From positions 18,648-82,647 of the forward strand of contig CAISLM010000072.1 of assembly GCA_903886255.1 (NCBI GenBank): a DNA stretch of 64,000 nt, read 5' to 3'. How positions within the stretch are numbered: the first letter of the stretch is position 1; each line of letters opens with the position of its first letter. The stretch comes from Candidatus Collierbacteria bacterium (GTDB lineage: Bacteria; Patescibacteriota; Microgenomatia; UBA1400; MFAQ01). Made by a program: the position numbers and the translations under genes. Below are positions 29,849 to 38,547 of the stretch, piece by piece. The notes beneath the pieces are model-generated. The model worked only from the letters and a program-made list of their open reading frames with translations, did no database searches and was not told the DNA's origin.

Positions 29849-30136
29849 TTAGCAGTTGCCTCCGCAGCTACACTTTGGTTTTTCGTCAACAAAATCAGCT
29901 TTTGCGCCAGAGAGAAGACTTTTTATTTTGTCGGTGTTTCCAGGTGCACCTACCATGACAGGTTTGCCGTCTACTACTAAAACCGGACTGGACATGATCC
30001 CTAGCTCGATGATCTTAGAGACGTCGGTGGAATATTCCACTTCGGCTTTTAGCTTTAACTGCGCAACTGCCTCTTTTGTTTGTTCAAATAATTTTTTGCA
30101 GGTTGGACAACCTGAACCAAGAACTTGGATTTTCAT
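29849..30136 (-). CDS. Thioredoxin-like redox-active disulfide protein (MTH895/TM0996 family)
   Basis: LGSGCPTC, IMSSPVLVVDG, C-terminal CSCGGNC. Confidence 0.88.
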   Translation of the reverse strand: MKIQVLGSGCPTCKKLFEQTKEAVAQLKLKAEVEYSTDVSKIIELGIMSSPVLVVDGKPVMVGAPGNTDKIKSLLSGAKADFVDEKPKCSCGGNC

Positions 30137-30441
30137 ATTTTGAATAATTGGTTAGTAATATGCTGACCTTTTTCAGTGAGAGAATAGTAGACTCGAAGTC
30201 CTTTCTTGTTATTGGTAACGATGCCAGCGTCCTTGAGGTCCTTGAGATGATGGGAAATAAGGCTTTGTGAGAGATCATTGTGGTTCATTAGTTCACAAAC
30301 ACAGTGTTCTCCCTTCATAAGGATACATAATAGTTTGAGTCTGCTTTCTTCCGAAACAATTTTAAGTAGGGTGGATAAAGATTCCACTTGTTTTGACTCT
30401 TTACTCGGAGATGAGCAACAACTATATGAACTCATATTCAT
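30133..30441 (-). CDS. ArsR/SmtB-family metalloregulator
   Basis: EESRLKLL, HCVCEL, SQSLISHHLKDLKDAG, VYYSL. Confidence 0.9.
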   Translation of the reverse strand: MNMSSYSCCSSPSKESKQVESLSTLLKIVSEESRLKLLCILMKGEHCVCELMNHNDLSQSLISHHLKDLKDAGIVTNNKKGLRVYYSLTEKGQHITNQLFKI

Positions 30442-30609
30442 ATACTACACCAAATCCAGACAAACAGCAAGATCGGAGTTGCAAAATGTTTGGAGGTTGA
30501 GGCTCCTGTGAGAACCTGTGCTCTGCAACGCTCTGAGGATGCCCGCCATTTCCGGGAGATCGCCCGTGCGGATTAACGATAAAATTGCTCCAGACTGTAA
30601 CCTATATGT

Positions 30610-30638
30610 TTGACTATTTTGACTTATCGGGCTATAAT
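30610..30638 (+). promoter_or_regulatory. Sigma70-type promoter
   Basis: TTGACT-17 nt-TATAAT. Confidence 0.7.
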
Positions 30639-30694
30639 ATCGTGAAATTGAGCCTTGGAAACTCAAAAACGACTCACTCATAAGGAGAATCACA

Positions 30695-31078
30695 TTGAAA
30701 ACTAAATTTTATATCTTGCTAGCATTTGTCGCGATTGCTATCATCCTTGTTCTGATAATAGCTTGGCCTTTAAACTTTAAGGTTGTTAGCAAGCCACTGG
30801 ACTTCTGTGCGGCTCCTTATAATTGGGCCGCATGCGACGATTGGACTTTCACAGGACTTCGCCTGACTTGGGGCGCAGAAAAAGATGATAAATTTATCGA
30901 CGTTCTGAATAACGAAGACTGGAACATGATTTGGAACGGCTCAACATATGACCGCCATATTAGAAAAACCTATATGATTCAGAGTTCGCTTTTGGGTGAT
31001 ATTAACTATGGTGATTGCGGTGGCTGGAGGGGAATTTGCTACAAATACTCCGACCACAACGACATTTTTAAACCATGA
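30695..31078 (+). CDS. Orphan exported protein with 4 Cys (SD-led cassette)
   Basis: TAAGGAG SD, TTG start, N-terminal TM helix. Confidence 0.65.
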   Translation: MKTKFYILLAFVAIAIILVLIIAWPLNFKVVSKPLDFCAAPYNWAACDDWTFTGLRLTWGAEKDDKFIDVLNNEDWNMIWNGSTYDRHIRKTYMIQSSLLGDINYGDCGGWRGICYKYSDHNDIFKP

Positions 31079-31101
31079 TTTTCCGGGTGGAATAGCCTTA
31101 T

Positions 31102-31125
31102 AACCGCTCCACTGGGGCGGTTTTT
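31102..31125 (+). terminator. Intrinsic terminator
   Basis: AACCGCTCC-act-GGGGCGGTT-TTT. Confidence 0.7.
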
Positions 31126-31178
31126 AATGGCATTAATATACCAGTACGCTAAATTGACCCAAATTTCAGGAGGAATTT

Positions 31179-31685
31179 ATGACAATTACGGCAGTTACTT
31201 TTGCTTTTCAAGGCTATGCAGAGTTATGGAAGGTAGCTTGTGAGCTTGAGAAAATTGAGGCTCTCAACTTCGGCAGCTCAGGGTTCAGATCCGATTTTAT
31301 AGCCGACGAGCTTACCAGGCGGAGTGGCGTAGCAGTTCTTCTGCTAGACGACGGGAAAGTGGTCGGCTATACGGCGGCGATGAGTGCAAAGGAAGCTTAC
31401 ACCCTGGATCCTCACTATTACGGAAGGGATTTTGACCAGGCTGCCTACATCAGCAATTCGTCAATTCACCCAGACTACCAACACAAAAGGTATATCTGGC
31501 TGATGATGGATATGCTTGAAGAAGGATTGCGCCAAAAAGGATATTTATTCCTTGACCGGGATACCAAATCGGATTTGGGATATGCCGATAAAGTTATCTC
31601 CCATTATGGAAAGCGCGTTGTATTTGCCAATCAACCCGAACTAACGATGTGGGGCTTTCAGCGATATATTCGTATCAGTCTCTAA
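31179..31685 (+). CDS. GNAT-family acetyltransferase
   Basis: DDGKVVGY and YISNSSIHPDYQHK; AGGAGG SD. Confidence 0.7.
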   Translation: MTITAVTFAFQGYAELWKVACELEKIEALNFGSSGFRSDFIADELTRRSGVAVLLLDDGKVVGYTAAMSAKEAYTLDPHYYGRDFDQAAYISNSSIHPDYQHKRYIWLMMDMLEEGLRQKGYLFLDRDTKSDLGYADKVISHYGKRVVFANQPELTMWGFQRYIRISL

Positions 31686-31687
31686 CT

Positions 31688-31715
31688 AACCTCGGTTTTA
31701 AACCGAGGTTTTTTT
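31688..31715 (+). terminator. Intrinsic terminator
   Basis: AACCTCGGTTT-t-AAACCGAGGTT followed by a T run. Confidence 0.8.
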
Positions 31716-31788
31716 GACTGTATGAAAGAAAAATTTCTTGGTGAAACTGCTACTTGTTTTATCTCTATATAAGAAATACTATTTCTTC

Positions 31789-32412
31789 ATGGTTGAAAAG
31801 GATTTGGGTAAAGAAAAAATTGAAATTGGAAAAAGAATAATATCGTTTATTGGACCCGAAGGGTCAGGTAAAACTACAATGGCGAAACTCCTGACTATTG
31901 ATTCCGGCAAACCATATTTGACAACCGGAGACACTCTGCGTGAATATGCTGCAAACGATCCGGGCCGGCTCGGTGAAGCGTGTCGAAAAATGTTTGCGGA
32001 ACATATTTATCTTGCGGGAGATTTACTTCTGGAAATTATGAGTTTGCGATTTTGTCGAGACGATACAGAATCCGGTTTCATATTAGATGGTGGTTTCCGC
32101 ACAGTGGAAGAAACGCAAAACTTCCCAATGACTTTAGAATGTTCCGGAAGAAGTTTGCCTGTGGTTGTAATTTATTTAAATATTCCTACTGAAGAATGTT
32201 TTAGAAGATTGATCACGGGGGAAAATGCCAGGAGGAGAATCGATGATACCCAAGAAGCTTTAAGCCATCGATTAGATGAATTCAACTTTCGGCTTAACGA
32301 TAGATTAGAAATCATCAAAAACAATCCTAATTGGAATATTGTTGAAGTTGATGCGACAGGTCCGATCGAAGTTGTGTATAGACGAGTTTGTGATCTGATT
32401 ACAAAATCCTAG
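31789..32412 (+). CDS. Adenylate-kinase-family nucleoside monophosphate kinase
   Basis: GPEGSGKTT, TTGDTLR, GFILDGGFR, RRRIDD. Confidence 0.85.
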   Translation: MVEKDLGKEKIEIGKRIISFIGPEGSGKTTMAKLLTIDSGKPYLTTGDTLREYAANDPGRLGEACRKMFAEHIYLAGDLLLEIMSLRFCRDDTESGFILDGGFRTVEETQNFPMTLECSGRSLPVVVIYLNIPTEECFRRLITGENARRRIDDTQEALSHRLDEFNFRLNDRLEIIKNNPNWNIVEVDATGPIEVVYRRVCDLITKS

Positions 32413-32422
32413 ATTGATTTTG

Positions 32423-32986
32423 TTACCTTACCAAACCTATTGGCTGATACCAAGTAAAGGCTTTTTTGCAAACAGGACAGGTGGTGGGTGGAGTTTTACC
32501 CACATGAATATAACCACAGTTAACACATTTCCACTCCAGTTCGGCGTCTCGGTTATACAAAGTGTTGGCGTCTATTTGTTTGGCAATAATAATGTATCTC
32601 TCTTCGTGTTTTTCTTCTACTTTTTTTACTTCTCTAAACAACCTTTCTGCTTCTTTGTCCCCATCAATTTTTGCCTGATCTTCGAAAGACGGATACATTT
32701 CCGTCCATTCGTAATGTTCACCCTTGGCTGCCATTTTTAAGTTCTCGACTGTTTTTTTACTGTATGGGCCAATAGATAAATTACTGTTTATCAAAACTTC
32801 ATCTTTTATCAATTCAAATTCTTCCTCGGCATGGGCTCTTTCCTGATCCGCAGTTTCTTCGAAGACCCTGGCGATCCATTCTAAATTTTCTTTTCTTGCC
32901 ATTTTGGCAAACATATTATATTTATTCCTGGCTTGACTTTCGCCAGTGAAAGCCTTCAAAAGATTTTCTTGAGTTTTACTTACCAT
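32423..32986 (-). CDS. rbr: Rubrerythrin
   Basis: GESQARNKY, ERAHA, EEKHE and WKCVNCG..CPVC rubredoxin domain. Confidence 0.92.
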   Translation of the reverse strand: MVSKTQENLLKAFTGESQARNKYNMFAKMARKENLEWIARVFEETADQERAHAEEEFELIKDEVLINSNLSIGPYSKKTVENLKMAAKGEHYEWTEMYPSFEDQAKIDGDKEAERLFREVKKVEEKHEERYIIIAKQIDANTLYNRDAELEWKCVNCGYIHVGKTPPTTCPVCKKAFTWYQPIGLVR

Positions 32987-33031
32987 ATTTTCTTACTATA
33001 ACATTTTTAATTAATTATTGATTTACTCAAA

Positions 33032-33508
33032 TTAGTGTTTATTTAATATGTGTTTGACGATTTTGTCTCTAGTTAAATACAGAATGATAACTATGTTTAG
33101 CGAAACGAACAATATTCTGGTTATTGAAGGATGGTGAAGCAACCCAACAATATCCAGAGGAAGAAATACCAGCAAAAGTCCGACAAGTAAGTAATCTGCC
33201 CAACGTTTACGTTGTGACAATCCAATTCCGCAAATAATTTTTGTTAATCCAACTAGGAATAAGTAGATTCCAATAAATAAATAGTGGGCGGAAAGAAAAG
33301 GAGCGTATTTTTGGACGGAAGTAATTATCAAGCCATGGGGACTATCAAGAATACCAGTGTTTCTAAAATTAAAATACAGTTCCTGGAGTTCTTCTCCAAA
33401 AATAATCAGACCTAACCCAATTGTGGTTTCGATACTACCGACTACGAGTTCGTATAAAACGACAATATCAAATGTTAGTGGTAATTTTGTTTTTATATTG
33501 TTACTCAC
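33032..33508 (-). CDS. DUF2127-like membrane protein
   Basis: Four TM helices; GLTKIICGIGL..KRWA..FLPLDI. Confidence 0.65.
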   Translation of the reverse strand: MSNNIKTKLPLTFDIVVLYELVVGSIETTIGLGLIIFGEELQELYFNFRNTGILDSPHGLIITSVQKYAPFLSAHYLFIGIYLFLVGLTKIICGIGLSQRKRWADYLLVGLLLVFLPLDIVGLLHHPSITRILFVSLNIVIILYLTRDKIVKHILNKH

Positions 33509-33564
33509 TAATTCATTTTACATGTATTAGATTGGTGGAAATACAATTATTGTTATACTTAGAC

Positions 33565-34443
33565 ATGCTTAAGTGGTTTGCTCTCGTTGTTATTTTGGTT
33601 ATCTGTGCTTTTGGACTAAATATTTTTATCACAAATACAAAAGCGTCAAGTGATGAGATTACCATATTGTTAACGGGGGATATTATGCTTGGACGAAGTG
33701 TAGCCGGGGTGAGTTTGAAAAAAAATGATCTCAACTATCCTTTTGAGAAAGTGGCAAATATCACCAATAGTCCAGACGTGACGATTGGTAATCTTGAAAA
33801 CCCATTCGTGGCAGATTGTCCACCATCAAGCGATGGACTCAAATTTTGTGCTGACCCGAAAATGATTAGTGGGTTGAACTATGCGGGATTTGATATTGTT
33901 AATCTAGCCAATAACCATATGGCAAACTATGGAATAGATGGTACAACGCAAACTGAGAATTATTTGAAAAATGCCGGAATTGATTATGTGGGAATTGGAA
34001 ATATTGTAATTAAGAATATTAAGGGAATAAAATTCGGATTTATTGGATTTGATTTCGTTGATAAAAAACCCTCAGATACCGACTACAAGTTAGTAAAAAA
34101 TTCTAAAAATGAGGTTGATATTCTGGTTGTAATGGTTCATTGGGGCATCGAGTACACTTCTCAGCCGACAAATACTCAAATAACGATTGGTAGAAAGTTG
34201 ATTTCATCCGGAGCAGATGTGGTGGCAGGAAGCCACCCTCACTGGGTGCAAACTACAGAATATTTAACCGGAAAACCTATTTTTTATTCTCTTGGCAATT
34301 TTGTCTTTGATCAGCCTTGGAGCGAAGAAACAAAAAAAGGCTTAGCTGTCAAACTTACTTATCATAGCAATAAACTATCTAATGTCGTGAGTATGCCAAT
34401 TTATATGAATAACTTCGCTCAGCCGGAATGGATAAATAAGTAG
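33565..34443 (+). CDS. CapA/PgsA-family metallophosphoesterase
   Basis: GDIMLGR, GNLE, LANNH, HWGIEY, GSHPHW, YSLGNF. Confidence 0.9.
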   Translation: MLKWFALVVILVICAFGLNIFITNTKASSDEITILLTGDIMLGRSVAGVSLKKNDLNYPFEKVANITNSPDVTIGNLENPFVADCPPSSDGLKFCADPKMISGLNYAGFDIVNLANNHMANYGIDGTTQTENYLKNAGIDYVGIGNIVIKNIKGIKFGFIGFDFVDKKPSDTDYKLVKNSKNEVDILVVMVHWGIEYTSQPTNTQITIGRKLISSGADVVAGSHPHWVQTTEYLTGKPIFYSLGNFVFDQPWSEETKKGLAVKLTYHSNKLSNVVSMPIYMNNFAQPEWINK

Positions 34444-34446
34444 GAG

Positions 34447-35346
34447 TTATTCCGGAGTGTAATATATTCCGACGTAACTTGTTACACCATCCGGATTTAC
34501 CCCCGATATATCGAATGAGTTTTTATTAAATAAAAGCGTAAATTTTGTATTGATATTTTTCAGATAACCGAATAGGAAAGCGGTACATTGTTTGCAATCA
34601 TTTGTTATTGAATTAATATCTCTTAAATTTATGTTTGGAAGCAGGCTTATACTCTTTTGATCGTTTTGTATGGCAGTTTTAATGGTAGAGTCGTGAGAAA
34701 AATCACTACTGATTACCAGGAGAGTAGAGTTGACGTCAACAGTTTTTGAAATTTGCTCACCCAAATTTGAGAAATATTGAAAATCATTAATTTGTTTTAG
34801 AACCAAAGGTACGAGTTTTGCGTCCGGAAACACTTTCTTGATGAATGGTACCAATACATAAATAGAATGTTCAATCCTAAATAGATTGATGTCGGAATTT
34901 ATTTCTTTGTTTGGAGAAAGTGAATCCAATATTTGTTTATCCGCAATCATATTTCCGAATGGAGTCCGCCACTGCACATCCGTTGTTTGGGCCATATATT
35001 TCAGATCAGAAATTTGATTATAATGGTCCGGTCCAACAATTATGACCGTTTTTACTCCCTTTGGATCTATCCCGGAAAAAGTTTGCGCGATTAGATCTTT
35101 TGCCAAAAAATGGTGACTAGTAGTCGTAGCAAATACTTTAGCTTTAGGAAGGTTGGAATACTTAGAAAACGACTCTTCGTATTCACTAACATTATTAAAA
35201 TAACTCTCAAGAAAATCTTGTTTTTGTGTTGGAATTAATTGAACTTTTGACGATATATTTTTTTCTTTTAAAGAAAATATCAGTATGAAAAGCACTAGCA
35301 ACACAAACGCAACAAAGATAATGTTTTTCGTTTTTGAAGAAATCAC
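34447..35346 (-). CDS. MEMO1-family protein (AmmeMemoRadiSam protein B-like), membrane-anchored
   Basis: TSHH, GPDHY, WRTPFG, EHSI, SSDFSH. Confidence 0.85.
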   Translation of the reverse strand: MISSKTKNIIFVAFVLLVLFILIFSLKEKNISSKVQLIPTQKQDFLESYFNNVSEYEESFSKYSNLPKAKVFATTTSHHFLAKDLIAQTFSGIDPKGVKTVIIVGPDHYNQISDLKYMAQTTDVQWRTPFGNMIADKQILDSLSPNKEINSDINLFRIEHSIYVLVPFIKKVFPDAKLVPLVLKQINDFQYFSNLGEQISKTVDVNSTLLVISSDFSHDSTIKTAIQNDQKSISLLPNINLRDINSITNDCKQCTAFLFGYLKNINTKFTLLFNKNSFDISGVNPDGVTSYVGIYYTPE

Positions 35347-37772
35347 TTGATCAAAGATTCACTCCAACCGGGTGGAGAAGGTAATTTTGATTTATCTTGT
35401 GTGTAGTTCATTGTCCACCAACCTTGATCGGTAAGTCTTTGACCTATCGGTGCATTAAATTCGTAATAATTAAACACCAATCCTTTGGTTAATCTTGTTC
35501 CGTTAGTGTCTTTGACAGCGACATAGATGTAGTTTGGTATTCCATCGCCTTCATAAAGAATTTGACCTTTTACGGCATCGGTCTGGACATCAGCAATCAA
35601 AGCTGACCTCACGTCACTTTCCGATAATACTTCTCCAGGAAGCGCGTCCAGTATTGTACTAAGCGATACCGAAGAAGTCCTCAATGTTTCGAAGTCATCG
35701 TCTGAAATAACTTCATTTTGTAACTCTTTAACGGCAATGCCTCTGAATAAATTTAAACTCTTGATAAAACTTTCATTTCTGCTTGTAAACTCCTGATTAA
35801 TTAAATTCCTACTTTTTAGACCATCATCCGTCATGGCAACTAGGGCAATCAACCTATCGAGGAATGGAATATTTGGCTCGACATAACCCTTGGGAACCGG
35901 AGGAGGAGTTTCATCACCACCGCCACCTCCCCTTTCAGCATACGATTGTTTGGCATATAAAAGTGTGTCGTGTTTTAATTCTGTCCATGATCCGAGTGAG
36001 GCTAACAAATTTTTCTTGTTCCAGTCTTCACCTTTCATAAACATGGGGTAGCCGGTTTTGTCTATATCACCGGTATAGAGAGATTTGATTGTAAATAGCC
36101 ATCCCCAATATATGTTTTGAGTCCAAACATCATCAGTAATATTCGAAAATTGGCTTTTAAGATTATTCAAATTATTATTTAATACTTTGTCTGAGCTTGG
36201 AGCATTTGTACCAATCCAATTTTTTACAAGAGGATCGGCGGTCTTGTTTCCCAGAATAGACATTACCATTAGGGCAGTGGTTGAACTGGGAAGGCTTTGG
36301 CCGGAAACCGGGTCAGGCTTTTCATTACCCTGAGTTAACGAGGTAAAAATAAATGCATCGGGAGTGAATCTTTGACCCATGAATCTAAACCCTTTTGTTT
36401 GCTGGAGAAGTTCGCTTTTGGTTGTATCTGTTACTCCATTTCCAAAAAGTACCGACGATTGAATTTCAGGACCTTGATAATTTTTCATGTCAGCCTGAAC
36501 CTTACTAATGGTTGTGGCATTTACTGAAGATACATCTACATTTCCCAAAGCCGACATATATTCGTACAAACCAAGATCATCAGACTTTCCGACAAAAAAT
36601 GCAGTGGGAATATAGATATCTTGCCATTTATTTAATTCTCCGGTAGTGTTCATCAGGAGACTAATATTAATAGCATCTCTAGTTAATTCCGGACTAGAAA
36701 GAGCGAAGTTATTTCTTCCGTACCACATCATCGCTCTAAAATAAGACCTGAGAACAGAATTTTTTGCGTAGTGGCTTCTCGGAGTAAATTGGGTATAGTC
36801 TTGGAGGTTTTGAATTCCGACACTAGATAAATAATCGCCAAAGAGTGGCGACGCCACTATTGATTTTTGGTCCAATATTAAGGCTAGCTCTGCTTTGGCT
36901 TTTTGATATGAAAAATCCGGTATCGTTGATTTTAAATTCTCAAGATTGTTTAAGATATTTTCGTTTGTATCAAGTTTTTGATCTGCTGTACTATCTGCGG
37001 AAAGCTCAGGGTAGGCCGAGTCCAATATCACTTTGGGCACAGTAAAGAAGGCAATCAATCTTTCGAAACTGGCTTTGTTGCCTGCATCAGTCTGCTTTGA
37101 ATAATCAAGAATTGACTGGGCCAGCATCTTGTCGGTTATTTCTTTTAGATCAGGGAAAAGACTTTTGTTTTCAATGTTTTGAAATTCCTTTTCAAGTAGT
37201 TTGTGATAGATATGGAGTAGGTAGTCAGAGCTGATGAAAACCGAGTTTTCAGGTGCACGATAGTAGATAGAACCGCCCTCGATTGTTAAGTAGAGTTTTG
37301 TCCAGTCATCCGACCGATTTGCCGAATCATCCATGTTGTCACTATAAAATTTGTCGGTATTTGAGGCAATGAAAAAATTCGAGCCAGTGAGGGCAGTTTT
37401 TTGGATGCCGGAAAAGGGTATCTTTTGCACTTGCTCGAAGTTGTTTAAATTTTTAATATCAGATAAGGCGACAACGTAGACCGGAAGTGATGGTTTTACC
37501 GGCGTCTTTACGAGATTGTATTTGGCAAAATCGAAATTAATTTTAAAAGGTTTGCCGGTTTCGCTAATTTTATTCTGACTAAAGAGTCCACTGTTTCGGA
37601 TCGAATTTAGGTTATAGAGATTTTTGATAACCAGATAAATAGATGAAAAAACGAGAATGACTGCAAAAATTCCCATGATAAGAGTGAAATTATTTCGCGG
37701 TTTTTTGGGGGATAAAGGAATCGGCTGAATGGAGGTAGTATCAAGGTTAGGAGTTGTGGGGGTATTTTCCAT
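35343..37772 (-). CDS. DUF3160-family large exported protein
   Basis: DYTQFTPRSHY, YFRAMMWYGR, FRFMGQRFTPD, GSWTELKHDTLLYAKQSYAE, GYVEP. Confidence 0.8.
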   Translation of the reverse strand: MENTPTTPNLDTTSIQPIPLSPKKPRNNFTLIMGIFAVILVFSSIYLVIKNLYNLNSIRNSGLFSQNKISETGKPFKINFDFAKYNLVKTPVKPSLPVYVVALSDIKNLNNFEQVQKIPFSGIQKTALTGSNFFIASNTDKFYSDNMDDSANRSDDWTKLYLTIEGGSIYYRAPENSVFISSDYLLHIYHKLLEKEFQNIENKSLFPDLKEITDKMLAQSILDYSKQTDAGNKASFERLIAFFTVPKVILDSAYPELSADSTADQKLDTNENILNNLENLKSTIPDFSYQKAKAELALILDQKSIVASPLFGDYLSSVGIQNLQDYTQFTPRSHYAKNSVLRSYFRAMMWYGRNNFALSSPELTRDAINISLLMNTTGELNKWQDIYIPTAFFVGKSDDLGLYEYMSALGNVDVSSVNATTISKVQADMKNYQGPEIQSSVLFGNGVTDTTKSELLQQTKGFRFMGQRFTPDAFIFTSLTQGNEKPDPVSGQSLPSSTTALMVMSILGNKTADPLVKNWIGTNAPSSDKVLNNNLNNLKSQFSNITDDVWTQNIYWGWLFTIKSLYTGDIDKTGYPMFMKGEDWNKKNLLASLGSWTELKHDTLLYAKQSYAERGGGGGDETPPPVPKGYVEPNIPFLDRLIALVAMTDDGLKSRNLINQEFTSRNESFIKSLNLFRGIAVKELQNEVISDDDFETLRTSSVSLSTILDALPGEVLSESDVRSALIADVQTDAVKGQILYEGDGIPNYIYVAVKDTNGTRLTKGLVFNYYEFNAPIGQRLTDQGWWTMNYTQDKSKLPSPPGWSESLIK

Positions 37773-37799
37773 CGAATTTATATTTTACTTTTTATAATT

Positions 37800-38543
37800 T
37801 TATTGTCCTATATCCGACAGTGTTTTGAAGCCACCAGGTAGTCCAAGCTGACTAAAGTATTCTGTTAACAAGTTTTGTTTTAAAGTTTTGTACTCAGCCT
37901 CTTCGAGCTGGATATTGGCGATACAGTATTGCTTTGAGTTAATGTCGAAGCAAAACATGCAATCTCGAAGATCGAAGCAGTTGTGGCAAAAGAAACTGTT
38001 TGAACATTTGGCGGCAAAACTTACTTCAAACGAAGAACTGACGCTATCGCAGTCCAAAACGCGAATACCAAAACTACAATTCTTGCTGTTTTTTGACGCT
38101 AACATATATTCATTTGGTCCCATATCGCGACAGAACATTAGCTTTGTCGATCCGTGGATAAAAGCCGAGTTGTAAATATAACTTGAAGAATAGATATTGT
38201 CTGAGGCTTCGATAACTTCCGAGTTTAATGATTTACTGCCGCGAAAATAAGCCACATCTCGAACTGCTGCTAAAACATCATAAAGTTTGTCTAAAGGTCT
38301 TTTGGGTTGCAATCCATTACCTTCGTTCATTCTCTTAGTTCTTTCTGTATCGCCGATGAAACGCTTGTAGTTGTATTCCGGAAGGCCGTAAACATCTTCC
38401 CCATTAATTGAGCATTGATATTTTGCGGGCAATAAAAGGTCTTTTGTGAATAATTCCCTAAATTTTTCAATATCCAATACTTCTATCTCCGGAAGTACGT
38501 TTTTCCAAATAACATTATAGAGATCGTTAAATACTTGGTTCAT
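37800..38543 (-). CDS. Cys/Ser-rich repeat hypothetical protein
   Basis: C-terminal periodic C/S pattern ending CMFCFDINSKQYCIAN. Confidence 0.7.
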   Translation of the reverse strand: MNQVFNDLYNVIWKNVLPEIEVLDIEKFRELFTKDLLLPAKYQCSINGEDVYGLPEYNYKRFIGDTERTKRMNEGNGLQPKRPLDKLYDVLAAVRDVAYFRGSKSLNSEVIEASDNIYSSSYIYNSAFIHGSTKLMFCRDMGPNEYMLASKNSKNCSFGIRVLDCDSVSSSFEVSFAAKCSNSFFCHNCFDLRDCMFCFDINSKQYCIANIQLEEAEYKTLKQNLLTEYFSQLGLPGGFKTLSDIGQ

Positions 38544-38547
38544 CTTT

